A stretch of DNA of 64,000 nucleotides. Origin: Syntrophales bacterium (GTDB taxonomy: Bacteria; Desulfobacterota; Syntrophia; Syntrophales; PHBD01). Shown piece by piece: positions 10,254 to 19,492 of the stretch (position 1 is the first letter of the stretch; each line of letters opens with the position of its first letter). The position numbers and the translations under genes are program-made. The DNA is taken from positions 3,264,001 through 3,328,000 of the forward strand of contig OY764159.1 of the NCBI GenBank assembly GCA_963668175.1. Reading direction: 5' to 3'. The notes beneath the pieces are model-generated. The model was not told the origin of the DNA and searched no databases. It was given only the letters and a program-made list of their open reading frames with translations.

Positions 10254-10282
10254 TCATATTGAAATGATTCTTTTCAATATGA
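10254..10282. promoter_or_regulatory. Perfect 11-bp inverted repeat, probable upstream activator site
   Basis: TCATATTGAAA-N7-TTTCAATATGA about 80 bp upstream of the -24/-12 promoter, in an AT-rich spacer. Confidence 0.65.
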
Positions 10283-10362
10283 AAAGGTCGCTTCCTCTGA
10301 ATCCTGCATGCTTTAAGTCATATCATATTGTTTTTATTAATGTATACATTTTTATTCCGGTT

Positions 10363-10378
10363 TGGCACGCAAAATGCT
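10363..10378 (+). promoter_or_regulatory. Sigma-54 (-24/-12) promoter
   Basis: TGGCACGCAAAATGCT = GG-N10-GC; adjacent divergent enhancer-binding protein gene. Confidence 0.85.
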
Positions 10379-10510
10379 CCTTGATTGTCAAGCGTGCAGA
10401 ATCAATAGAATACAGTGGTGATGAGTCAGACGGCACGCAAGCGGATGAAGTATTCTCAATGGGAAGCGGTTTAACATACAACCAATAATGATAATACCAA
10501 GGAGGTTATC

Positions 10511-11248
10511 ATGAACAAGAAGAGCAAATCTATTATCGCGGCAGGGGTACTGACAGTGGTAACGACGGCTTGGGGTCTTTTCCCCTCAACGGGAAACGCC
10601 ATGTCGCTGCAGGACCTCGACAAGACATGGGGCAAACCGGCTGTCGTCGTCAATACGGGAAACGGCGAGAAGAGATATTACAGGTACCAGAATACGATGG
10701 ACTTTGGCTATCGCGTTTTCAATATCCAGGGAAATGAAGTCGTCGACGCCGGCATCTCCGGCACGGCACCTTCCATTGCAAAGCCCGAGGCGCCGGGCCT
10801 GCCCGCAAGCGCCATGAGCAAGGATTACTGGGCCAACCATCCCACGCCGGCAGAATCCCTCGGCACGCCGACCAGCACCAGGCATCTGCCCGACGGCTCG
10901 ACGGAGCTGTTCTATAAATACCAGGGCGCCGCGGATATCGGCAACAGGTACTATATCGTGAAAGACGGTAAGATCGTTGCTTCCGGTACGACCAGCAGAG
11001 CTCTGGCCGATCCGCAGAAAGAAACGGTTGTAGCGCCGAGAGCCGTCAGCGCCAGCGCCAATTATTACCAGAACAACCAAATGACGCTTCAGACCATCGA
11101 AGCCACCTGGGGTAAGCCCGTAGAGGTCAAGACCCTTGACAACGGTACGGAGAAGCGTTTTTACAGATATGCGAACACCCAGACTATGGGCTACCGGTAC
11201 TTCGTGATCAAGGACGGTAAGGTCATCGAAAGTGGTACGGAAGGATAA
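10511..11248 (+). CDS. Secreted protein with three internal repeats, function unknown
   Basis: AAGGAGG RBS, signal peptide, three (W/L)GxP...YxY...GxR(Y/V)(F/Y)..xxG.VV..G repeats. Confidence 0.85.
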   Translation: MNKKSKSIIAAGVLTVVTTAWGLFPSTGNAMSLQDLDKTWGKPAVVVNTGNGEKRYYRYQNTMDFGYRVFNIQGNEVVDAGISGTAPSIAKPEAPGLPASAMSKDYWANHPTPAESLGTPTSTRHLPDGSTELFYKYQGAADIGNRYYIVKDGKIVASGTTSRALADPQKETVVAPRAVSASANYYQNNQMTLQTIEATWGKPVEVKTLDNGTEKRFYRYANTQTMGYRYFVIKDGKVIESGTEG

Positions 11249-11272
11249 GGAATAAACCTTTGCACCATTGAG

Positions 11273-11322
11273 AAGAGACTGCTCTGGTTCTCCTTCGGGC
11301 GGACTGGGGCAGTCTTTTTTTT
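11273..11322 (+). terminator. Intrinsic terminator
   Basis: AGACTGCTCTGGTTC / GGACTGGGGCAGTCT stem (with G-U pairs) followed by T run. Confidence 0.75.
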
Positions 11323-11468
11323 ATCCGACCGCACCGGCACCGGCGGACACGCTGGAGGCCTCCCGCACGGCAGCAGGCATTCTCCCTTCCGCGCCGACAA
11401 GAAACGCCCCGGGAGTAACTCCCCACTCACAACCATCCCTTCCTTTTGAAGCAGATACGGTTTCAGCA

Positions 11469-12623
11469 CTACTGCCGGACCCGTTCTATCCTGATCTTCT
11501 GTGTGAAATAGAATGTGACCAGCGTCAACGCGGCGCCTATGATAAAGGGCAGCCGCCAGTTGACCAGCCACAGGGTGCCTCCGATAAGCGGAATGACCAC
11601 GGCGGAGATATGATTGATGGTGAACCCGACGGCTGTGCTCTGGGCCAGGTCCGCCGGATCGGCCGTCTTCTGGAGATAGGTATTCATGGCGATGGAGAAA
11701 TTGAAGAAGATGCTGTCGATCATGTAAAGACAGACCGCCACGCCGACATGCTCAATGAAGGCATAGCCGAGAAACAGCACAAAGAGACTTGCGCTCTCGA
11801 GTTGCAGGACCACCCTTTCGCCGTAGACGTTGATCGCCCGCGAGATGTAACGGTTCGTCAGATACGTCAGGGCATAATTCACGACGTAGACGCCCGCGAT
11901 GGTGCCGACGCCCAGGCGGTACTTCTCCACGAGGAGGAAGACGGCGAAGACGGTGAATATCTGCCGGCGGGCGCCGCTCAGGAAGTTCAGCGTATAATAA
12001 AGCCAATACTTCCGCCTGATGACGGGCTTATTCTGCACGTGGCCCTTCCCGTCGAGGACAGGCTCCCGTGTGAGCATAAAGAGGCCCGTCGAAGCAATGA
12101 AAATCCCCAGGATGAGAAAATTGAGGCGGTAGGGCAGAAAAAACGACAGGACCCATATCACCGTTCCCACGGCGATGTTGGCCAGGGCCCCGTATCCGCG
12201 GAGGCGGGCGAAAACAATGGGCGCCTCGCGGTGATCGAAGTACTGGACGGTCAGCGATTTGTTCGTGGTTTCGAAAGCATGGAAACCGATCGACATGATG
12301 ACGGTTGTGAGAAGAAGCCCCGGAAAGCTCGTAAAGAATCCGGTGGCACCGATCCCGATCCCCAGGAGGACCACGGACCAGGCGGACAGTCTGTGCTCCT
12401 TCACGAACATCAGAACATAAATAACCGCGAAGGTCAGAAAACCGGGGATTTCCCGGACGGCCTGGGCCACGCCGATCTGGAATCCGTTGACGCCCACAAC
12501 CTCCTTGGCGAAATTCGTGAATATGGCCATCCAGCCCTGAAGACCGGCGCTGGAACAAATGACCAGCACCATCAGGTACGCATACATGGGATTATCCCGA
12601 AAGGGTCCCGTTCTTCCGTTCAA
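11469..12623 (-). CDS. MFS transporter
   Basis: About 12 hydrophobic segments, REIPGFL and FLSGARRQIF motifs; probable TTG start after AAGGAG (start uncertain). Confidence 0.85.
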   Translation of the reverse strand: MNGRTGPFRDNPMYAYLMVLVICSSAGLQGWMAIFTNFAKEVVGVNGFQIGVAQAVREIPGFLTFAVIYVLMFVKEHRLSAWSVVLLGIGIGATGFFTSFPGLLLTTVIMSIGFHAFETTNKSLTVQYFDHREAPIVFARLRGYGALANIAVGTVIWVLSFFLPYRLNFLILGIFIASTGLFMLTREPVLDGKGHVQNKPVIRRKYWLYYTLNFLSGARRQIFTVFAVFLLVEKYRLGVGTIAGVYVVNYALTYLTNRYISRAINVYGERVVLQLESASLFVLFLGYAFIEHVGVAVCLYMIDSIFFNFSIAMNTYLQKTADPADLAQSTAVGFTINHISAVVIPLIGGTLWLVNWRLPFIIGAALTLVTFYFTQKIRIERVRQ

Positions 12624-12814
12624 CGCATGATTCTCCTTCAGGTATGGGTGGGCGATGCTCCACAAAACCGAAGCAATTGTCAACAACATTTTTGACGAAG
12701 AACTGTGCCGCCCCCCCGGAAACCGTATGTCCTGTAAAAGACCGGTTCGGCGGAAAGGCAGGAATCCGATCGCGGACGCATAGCTCGGCATAGCAGAGAG
12801 TGGAGCGGCATGTC

Positions 12815-14368
12815 TTAATGGACGGGTCCCGAAACTTTCTTATCGGAACTCCGGACCCAAATCACAACGATGGCTGCAGCCAGCATGAAGAGGGCCAGGT
12901 ATTGGAACGTCGCCTCGAAGGCGAAACTGTACGCCCGGGAGGCAATGAGCTCGTGCCCCAGGTGTCTGAAGGCGGCCGAAGCCGATGGGTCCGCATAGGC
13001 GCCCGACTGGGGGACCAGGGAACGGAGCATATCGGAGAAGGCATTGGCCGCGTAGCTCCCGGGCAGCATGTTGCTGCTCAAGGCGTCGTAGAAGATGTCC
13101 CGGCGGGACGAAAGCAGCGAAGTAGCGAAAGACGTGCCCACCGAACCGGCGATCAGGCGGACGACGTTGAGGAGTGTCGATCCGTTGGCCACATCGTCGT
13201 CATCCAGGACGGCCAGGGACAGGAGGATGACCGGCGTGAAGGTCCCCCCGACGCAGAACCCCCAGAAAATGTAATCGTACACGAGCGACACATGGGGAGT
13301 ATCCAGGTCCGTGCGGTACCACAGGGAAGCCAGGGTGGCCCCTGCCAGGAAGAAGAAGCAGACCCACTTGGGTTTGACGCGGTCCGACAGGAGACCGCTG
13401 GCGATGGTGGCAAAACAGGTCGTCAGGGCCCCCGGCACCATGATCAGACCGGCCTGCAGGGTGCTGTAGCTGTGCAGCCGCTCCAGGTAGACGGGAATGA
13501 GAAAAAAGAAGCCGTAGGCGTTGACCGACAGGAGTATCATCGTCACGAGTCCCAGCCAGTAATGGGGATTGGCGAGGAGGCGCCGGGGAAAAAGAGGATT
13601 GGGACAGAAGACGAACCAAGCCACAGCCGCCGCACCGAAGAGGATAAAAAAGACGAAAAGGCCGAAGACGTAATCGGAGTGGAGCCAGCCGTTTTCCTGC
13701 CCCTTGCCGAGAAAAACGATAAGGCATGAGAGCGCCGCCGACATAAGGACAAATCCCATCACATCGAGGGGACGGGCAGGAGCGTCCGCCCGGCTGGATC
13801 TCATCAAAAACCAGACCAGGATCGCATCGGCGATCCCGAACGGCAGGTTGATGAAGAAAACCCAGCGCCAGTTCAGATATTCCGTCAGGAAGCCCCCGAG
13901 GGTGGGACCCAGCGCCGGGGCGAAGGAGGCCGAAAGGCCGTAGATGCCCATGGCGAGGCCGCGTTCCTCCTTGGGAAAGGATTCGTAGAGAATGACGAGC
14001 CCCACGGGCACCATGATCCCTTCCGCCACCCCCTGAACGAACCGGGCGGTCAGCATGATGGGAAGGTTTTCGGCTACACCCGCCAACGCCGACATGGCCG
14101 TAAAGAGAAGGACGCCCGCCAGATACATGTTGCGGTGCCCAGCCCTTTCCGCGACCCAGCCGACGGCCGTCATGGAGATGGCGGCGCCGAGGAAATAGGT
14201 AATCACCACCCATTGGATGCTGTAGATGTCCGCCTCCATCGCCGACATCATCTTGGGCAGGACGATATCCACGATCGTCGTATCCAGAAGGGCGATAAAA
14301 ACGCCGATGGAAACGAGGACCGCAGCCGTCCATTTGCTTTCCCGTTTCTCCGGTTCCGTGGTTTTCAC
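12815..14368 (-). CDS. DHA2-family (EmrB/QacA) efflux MFS permease
   Basis: LDTTIVDIVLP, WVVITY, ARFVQG, APALGPTLGG, WRWVFFINLP. Confidence 0.93.
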   Translation of the reverse strand: MKTTEPEKRESKWTAAVLVSIGVFIALLDTTIVDIVLPKMMSAMEADIYSIQWVVITYFLGAAISMTAVGWVAERAGHRNMYLAGVLLFTAMSALAGVAENLPIMLTARFVQGVAEGIMVPVGLVILYESFPKEERGLAMGIYGLSASFAPALGPTLGGFLTEYLNWRWVFFINLPFGIADAILVWFLMRSSRADAPARPLDVMGFVLMSAALSCLIVFLGKGQENGWLHSDYVFGLFVFFILFGAAAVAWFVFCPNPLFPRRLLANPHYWLGLVTMILLSVNAYGFFFLIPVYLERLHSYSTLQAGLIMVPGALTTCFATIASGLLSDRVKPKWVCFFFLAGATLASLWYRTDLDTPHVSLVYDYIFWGFCVGGTFTPVILLSLAVLDDDDVANGSTLLNVVRLIAGSVGTSFATSLLSSRRDIFYDALSSNMLPGSYAANAFSDMLRSLVPQSGAYADPSASAAFRHLGHELIASRAYSFAFEATFQYLALFMLAAAIVVIWVRSSDKKVSGPVH

Positions 14369-15486
14369 AAAATGGACCTTTTAACGGCCACCTCAACGGA
14401 CAGGCCGGGAAGCAGTTCCGGGTGTTTGTCCAGATCGGCGATCCGGATTTTCACGGGAATGCGCTGGATGACCTTGGTGAACTCGCCGGCGGTCACGTCC
14501 CGCGGGATGATGGCGAACTCCGCCGCCGAAGCCGGATAGATGGACAGAACGGTTCCTTTCACAGGATCACCCGGGGACCGGTCGATATAAAGGTCCACCT
14601 CCTTCCCCGGAGCCAGATACTTCAGCTTTGTCTCTTCGAAACGGGCCTCGACATAGCGCGTTGCGGGATTGTAGATGCCGACCAGGAGCTTGCCGGGGCT
14701 CGCGAAATCGCCGGCTTCTGCGAACCTGCGGGCGACGACGCCGTCCTGCGGCGCCACGACGTCGCACCAGGAACGCCCCAGCCGGGCCAGACGCACCGAC
14801 ACCTCCGACTGCCTGGCCCCCTCGTCGGCCTCCTTAAAGGCGGCTTCCGCCTTACCGATCAGCGCCCGCGATGCCTCTGCCTCCGCCAGGCGGGACTCGG
14901 CGGCCTTTACCTGGAACTGGGCCGTCTGCAGCTCCGCGCGGGCCACCTTCCAGGCATTTTCGACCTCATCGTAACGGGCCTTTCCGATAACCTCTCTCTC
15001 GGCCAGGTCCTTGAAACGCTGATGCTGCTTTTCCCAATAGAGGTGATTCGCTTCCGCTTTCGCCTTCTGCTCCCGGCTGGCCTGAAGCGCCGATTTCGCC
15101 GCGTCGATGGCCGCGGGAATGGAGGCCCGGGCATGGACCAGTTCCGCCCGGTAGCGTTCCCTCTTGGCCGCCCCTGTCTCTTTTTCCGCTTCGGCAAGGG
15201 CCAGCTTCCGGTCCGACTGGTCCGGATCGATCCGGTAGAGGACCTGTCCTTTCTTCACACTGTCTCCCTCCCGCACGAGGACCTCGACGACCTTGCCGGG
15301 CACCTCGGCGGCGATGTTGACGATATCGGCCTTCACGTAGGCCGCATCGGTGGTGGCGTGGGTCAGACGCCAAAAGAACCAGTGGCCGCCGTAAAAGATG
15401 CCGACAGCGGCCGCCAGCACGATCAACACGATAAGTGCTCCCCTGGGCGTCTTCAGTGTCTTCTTAAACTCTTCCATGTTCGTCAT
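14365..15486 (-). CDS. HlyD/EmrA-family membrane fusion protein
   Basis: TTDAAYV, VPGKVVEVLVREGDSVKKGQ, GEFTKVIQRIPVKI; start 15486 or 15477. Confidence 0.92.
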   Translation of the reverse strand: MTNMEEFKKTLKTPRGALIVLIVLAAAVGIFYGGHWFFWRLTHATTDAAYVKADIVNIAAEVPGKVVEVLVREGDSVKKGQVLYRIDPDQSDRKLALAEAEKETGAAKRERYRAELVHARASIPAAIDAAKSALQASREQKAKAEANHLYWEKQHQRFKDLAEREVIGKARYDEVENAWKVARAELQTAQFQVKAAESRLAEAEASRALIGKAEAAFKEADEGARQSEVSVRLARLGRSWCDVVAPQDGVVARRFAEAGDFASPGKLLVGIYNPATRYVEARFEETKLKYLAPGKEVDLYIDRSPGDPVKGTVLSIYPASAAEFAIIPRDVTAGEFTKVIQRIPVKIRIADLDKHPELLPGLSVEVAVKRSIL

Positions 15487-16090
15487 ACCAATACTGCTCC
15501 CGATTGTATTCTCTATCGACGATCCCGAAAAAAAGGAGATCGAGGAATTCGTTGATCCGCTGCTCCATCGATACCTGGCTGCCCTCATAGACGAGAGGCA
15601 GGTGGAGCCGGTGAAGAATAAACTGAAGGGATTCGGCCAGGTGAAGCGGGTCCATGGGACGGAATATCTTCTCCTCCTGCCCTTCTGCGATTACGGCGGC
15701 AATCATTTCAATCATTTTTTGATTGAATGAAAGCTCGCGATTGCTGTAAATAACCCCCAGCCGTTCCCCCATTTCGCGCGGCACGTCCAGAAGCTCACGG
15801 AGCCCCCGGGTATACTCCAGTATTGCGAGAACCATGGCCCGGAGCTTCTCGCGGGGATCTGCCGCCCTGGCTACGGCGTCCTGCATCTTCGCGATGACGT
15901 TCTCCTCCTCCGTTTCGAGCATCGCCTCAATCAGCTCCCACTTTCCCCCGGGAAAGTAGTGATAAAGGGCCGTCTTCTTCACGCCCAGAGGTTGGCCGAT
16001 GTCGGCCAGGGTCAGCTTGTCGAAACCGAATTTTCCCAGTTGAATCCGCACCAGATCGAGTATTTTTTTTCTGTCCAGGTTCTTCGCCAT
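15464..16090 (-). CDS. TetR/AcrR-family transcriptional regulator
   Basis: GFDKLTLADIGQPLGVKKTALYHYFP HTH; first gene of efflux operon. Confidence 0.93.
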   Translation of the reverse strand: MAKNLDRKKILDLVRIQLGKFGFDKLTLADIGQPLGVKKTALYHYFPGGKWELIEAMLETEEENVIAKMQDAVARAADPREKLRAMVLAILEYTRGLRELLDVPREMGERLGVIYSNRELSFNQKMIEMIAAVIAEGQEEKIFRPMDPLHLAESLQFILHRLHLPLVYEGSQVSMEQRINEFLDLLFFGIVDREYNREQYWYDEHGRV

Positions 16091-16105
16091 CGACCACCCA
16101 TAAAC

Positions 16106-16153
16106 AATTTAACTATTTGTTAAAAAGTTAAATTTTTATCGCCCGTTTGTCAA
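16106..16153 (-). promoter_or_regulatory. Sigma-70 promoter of tetR-emrAB with overlapping inverted-repeat operator
   Basis: Minus strand TTGACA-N17-TAACTT; AATTTAACT/AGTTAAATT inverted repeat at 16106-16134 covers the -10. Confidence 0.65.
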
Positions 16154-16383
16154 GGAAAATATGAACCCGATTCACCATCGTGACTCAACAACGGGGCGGT
16201 CCCGCCCGCCACGGACGGCCGCTTTGATATTAAGCAAGTTTCAGGCCGCTTTTCACACGGACAGCAGGCAGCCTGCAATCAGGATGATTCGTTTCTGCAG
16301 ATAAGAATTTTTGCGGAATGATTAAAAGATCGATTGCAGAAAACGGCTTGACATCATTTTGAGCATATGCTAATTATACCGCC

Positions 16384-16680
16384 ATGCCCAGACCCAAGAA
16401 ATGCCGATCCATCGGCTGCAATCCTCGCGCCGTCTACTTCAAGCCCCGGGGAATTCCCATCTTCCGGCTGGAAGAGACGGGTCTCGACATGGACGAGCTT
16501 GAGGCCTTGCGCCTGGCCGACTGCGAAGGGCTGTATCACGAGGAGGCCGCCGCGAAGATGAACGTTTCCCGGGCGACATTCGGCAGGATATTGAGCACCG
16601 CCCGGCATAAGGTGGCCGATGCCATCATCAACGGCAAGGCCCTGAAAATCGATAAACCTATTGAAGATGGAGAAATTTGA
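16384..16680 (+). CDS. DUF134 domain protein (predicted DNA-binding)
   Basis: MPRPKKCRSI, YFKPRGIP, ELEALRLAD, MNVSRATFGRIL..AR.KVADA. Confidence 0.92.
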   Translation: MPRPKKCRSIGCNPRAVYFKPRGIPIFRLEETGLDMDELEALRLADCEGLYHEEAAAKMNVSRATFGRILSTARHKVADAIINGKALKIDKPIEDGEI

Positions 16681-16681
16681 A

Positions 16682-17068
16682 ATGAAAGTCTGTTTTGCCA
16701 TTGAAAAAGACGACGGCCTGGAAAGCGCCGTCTACAATCACTTCGGTTCGGCGCCTGCGTTCATGATCGTGGACACGGAGCGTCAAAATGCAGACACGAT
16801 CGTCAATCGCGATATGATCCATGTGCACGGGGCATGTAACCCCATGATGGCCCTGGGCGGCCGGGACGTGGACGCCGTCGTGGTGGGCGGCATCGGCGGC
16901 GGGGCGCTTTCGAAGCTCAATGCCTCCGGCATCCGTGTCTTCGGGATAGTGGCCCCGACGGTCAGGGAAAACCTGGATTTGCTGACGGCGGGCGGATTAC
17001 CGGAACTTTCCCTGGAACACGCCTGTGGAGGCCACCAGCACAGGAACGGCTGCGGCCATTCGCTCTAG
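16682..17068 (+). CDS. NifB/NifX-family (dinitrogenase Fe-Mo cofactor-type) metal-cluster-binding protein
   Basis: HFGSAP, HGAC, VVGGIGGGA, C-terminal HACGGH. Confidence 0.88.
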   Translation: MKVCFAIEKDDGLESAVYNHFGSAPAFMIVDTERQNADTIVNRDMIHVHGACNPMMALGGRDVDAVVVGGIGGGALSKLNASGIRVFGIVAPTVRENLDLLTAGGLPELSLEHACGGHQHRNGCGHSL

Positions 17069-17116
17069 GGAATACCGCAACCGTATTATTCAACGCGAAG
17101 ATAAGGACGGAAGGAA

Positions 17117-17350
17117 ATGCCGATTTACGAATATAGATGCATGGACTGTGGAGGTGTGAGTGAAATTCTTGTCCTGGGGAAAAGCGACTCCGTCAGATGC
17201 AAGGATTGCGGCGGGACCGTGCTGACCAAGCTGATGTCCGCCCACAATGCGCCTGCGGCCTCTTCCGGCCGCGAGACGCCGGAATCCGGACGGTGCTGCG
17301 GCTCTCGCCAGCACTGCGGGAACCCGGGCGGTTTCTGCTGCAATTCGTAA
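17117..17350 (+). CDS. FmdB-family zinc-ribbon protein
   Basis: MPIYEYRCMDCG...CKDCG..LTKLMS; Cys-rich tail. Confidence 0.9.
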   Translation: MPIYEYRCMDCGGVSEILVLGKSDSVRCKDCGGTVLTKLMSAHNAPAASSGRETPESGRCCGSRQHCGNPGGFCCNS

Positions 17351-17397
17351 CGGCGGACCTTTCTTCTTATGACATCATTTCATCACGGGAGGACGAC

Positions 17398-18378
17398 ATG
17401 TTTCATGAAGAAGATTGCAATCTGTGCGGGAAGTGCCTGGAGTTTTGCCCCTACGTCGATTACGACCTCAAGCGGGCCAGGGAGGAGATGAAAGCGTTGG
17501 TCGCGGGCGGAACGCCGCCCATCGTGGGTCATTGCGTCACTTGCGCCTCGTGCAATTTGGTTTGCCCGACGCAGGCCAATCCTTTCGATTTATTGAACAA
17601 GCGCCAGGAAGAGACGGGGGCGCTGGGCGTCCCGGAACAGGCGATGCAGAATTTCGCCAAGCTCCACGGCCTGCCGACCGTCGTCAAGAAGGGCGAGGCG
17701 GGCAAGCCGGTGCTGAACCTCTGCATCGTCGGCGACATGGTACGCGAACTCCTGGACAATCCGCTGTTCGAGGGTCTGACGGTCGTTGAAGGCGCGGACT
17801 ATTTTTGCACCGTCGGGTATATCCACCTGGGAAAGCCGAGCCCCGTGAAGAAGGAAGCCAAGAGGTATATCGATAACCTCGCCGCCCTGGGGGCCGAAGA
17901 GGTGGTCTGCTTCCATGACGACTGCTACACGATGCTGACGTCGCTTGCCAAAGAGTACGGCCTGAAAGTGCCCTTCCGGCCCGTCCATATCTTTGAGTAC
18001 CTTTACCGGGAGCTTAAGAAACGCGGAAACCTCAAGAAAGTTCCCGTCAGCGTGGCCTACCAGTCCCCCTGCGCATCGCGCTATACCCAGGGCAAGGACA
18101 TCTATCTCGACTGGATTTTCGAACTGCTGGGCGTGGAGAGGCCGGCCCGCAAGTACGAAAGGACGAACGCCCTCTGCTGCGGCGCCCCCCTCATGGCCCG
18201 CGACAAGGACAGGGCGGCGCAGGTGAAGAAATGGAATATCGACGACGCCAAGAAAGCCGGGGCCGAAGCGATGGTCTTTCTCTGCCCCATGTGCTACCTG
18301 AACCTCAGGAAACTCTGCAAAGACGACGCCATCAATCCGATCTTCATCACGGAACTCTGCAAACAGGCCCTGGCCTGA
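17398..18378 (+). CDS. Fe-S oxidoreductase (2x[4Fe-4S] plus CCG domains; HdrD/GlpC-like)
   Basis: CNLCGKCLEFCP, CVTCASCNLVCP, LCCG, CPMC; RBS GGGAGG. Confidence 0.85.
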   Translation: MFHEEDCNLCGKCLEFCPYVDYDLKRAREEMKALVAGGTPPIVGHCVTCASCNLVCPTQANPFDLLNKRQEETGALGVPEQAMQNFAKLHGLPTVVKKGEAGKPVLNLCIVGDMVRELLDNPLFEGLTVVEGADYFCTVGYIHLGKPSPVKKEAKRYIDNLAALGAEEVVCFHDDCYTMLTSLAKEYGLKVPFRPVHIFEYLYRELKKRGNLKKVPVSVAYQSPCASRYTQGKDIYLDWIFELLGVERPARKYERTNALCCGAPLMARDKDRAAQVKKWNIDDAKKAGAEAMVFLCPMCYLNLRKLCKDDAINPIFITELCKQALA

Positions 18379-18390
18379 CATGAAACAACG

Positions 18391-18437
18391 CCCTGCCGTC
18401 GGCCCCGGTAAACCGGGCGCGGCGGCAGGGTCATTTT
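18391..18437 (+). terminator. Strong GC hairpin (terminator or stabiliser)
   Basis: CCCTGCCGTCG..CCCGG-TAAA-CCGGG..CGGCGGCAGGG followed by TCATTTT. Confidence 0.55.
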
Positions 18438-18484
18438 AAGAATTAAAACGGCCCTTCCCGGCCGCACCCAAGGGAGGCACGACC

Positions 18485-19444
18485 ATGACGACGCCGAGCA
18501 CGATCCACGAGATCGACCGTGTGGAGATTCTGACCCTTCAGGACAATTACATCGATCTTACCGCAACGGACAACAGCGCGATCATCAAAAGGGCCATGAC
18601 CCTCAAGGACGGCCATATCCGCAAATCGATCCTGTCGGAACACGGCTTCGCGGCGATTGTCAGAACAACCAGGGGCGAAACGACGCATACGGTCCTCTTC
18701 GACACGGGCTTCTCCGAAATCGGCGCCGTATACAACGCCAACGCCCTGGGGGTGGATCTCGCCTCCGTGGAGGCCATCGCGCTCTCCCATGGACACATGG
18801 ACCATGCCGGGGGCTTTATGGCCATGGCGGCGGCGATGCCCCGCAAAGGCATCCCCGTGGTGGTCCATCCCGTCGTCTTCCGGGAGCCTCGTTATCTCAA
18901 GATCAAGGAATACATCAACATCGGCATGCCGTCCCTGACGAGGGAGCAGATCGCCGAAGCGGGCATGAAACTCGTAGAAACAAGGACTCCCATGGCCCTG
19001 GCAGGGGGCGACGTCCTGTTTCTCGGCGAAGTTGCCCGACGGACGGACTTCGAAAGGGGATTCCCCATAGCCCACTATCAGGAAGAAGGCGTCGAGAAGT
19101 GGGACCCTATTGAAGACGATACCTCGCTCGTCATGAACCTCCGCGGCAAGGGCCTCGTCATCCTTTCGGGATGCGCCCATTCGGGCATCGTCAACACGGT
19201 GTATTACGCCCGGGAGGTCACCGGCGTGGAAACCGTCCACGTCATTATGGGCGGATTCCATTTAAGCGGACCGCTCTTCGAAGCGATCATCGAACGAACA
19301 ACGGATGAGTTGAAAAAAATCAACCCCTCTTATATCATACCCACCCACTGCACGGGACGCAAGGCCTCGGCCCACATGGAGAAGGAGATGCCCGGCAGCT
19401 TCATTCTCAACATGTCGGGAACAAAGCTGACTTTCAACGCCTGA
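18485..19444 (+). CDS. MBL-fold metallo-hydrolase
   Basis: SEHGF, LFDTG, LSHGHMDHAGG, SGCAHSG, GGFHL, PTHCTG. Confidence 0.92.
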   Translation: MTTPSTIHEIDRVEILTLQDNYIDLTATDNSAIIKRAMTLKDGHIRKSILSEHGFAAIVRTTRGETTHTVLFDTGFSEIGAVYNANALGVDLASVEAIALSHGHMDHAGGFMAMAAAMPRKGIPVVVHPVVFREPRYLKIKEYINIGMPSLTREQIAEAGMKLVETRTPMALAGGDVLFLGEVARRTDFERGFPIAHYQEEGVEKWDPIEDDTSLVMNLRGKGLVILSGCAHSGIVNTVYYAREVTGVETVHVIMGGFHLSGPLFEAIIERTTDELKKINPSYIIPTHCTGRKASAHMEKEMPGSFILNMSGTKLTFNA

Positions 19445-19463
19445 AAAAACCGTCTCGCCGCCA

Positions 19464-19492
19464 TTGACGAAACGGGAGGGTGTGACTACATT
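19464..19492 (+). promoter_or_regulatory. Sigma-70 promoter
   Basis: TTGACG-N17-TACATT. Confidence 0.6.
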
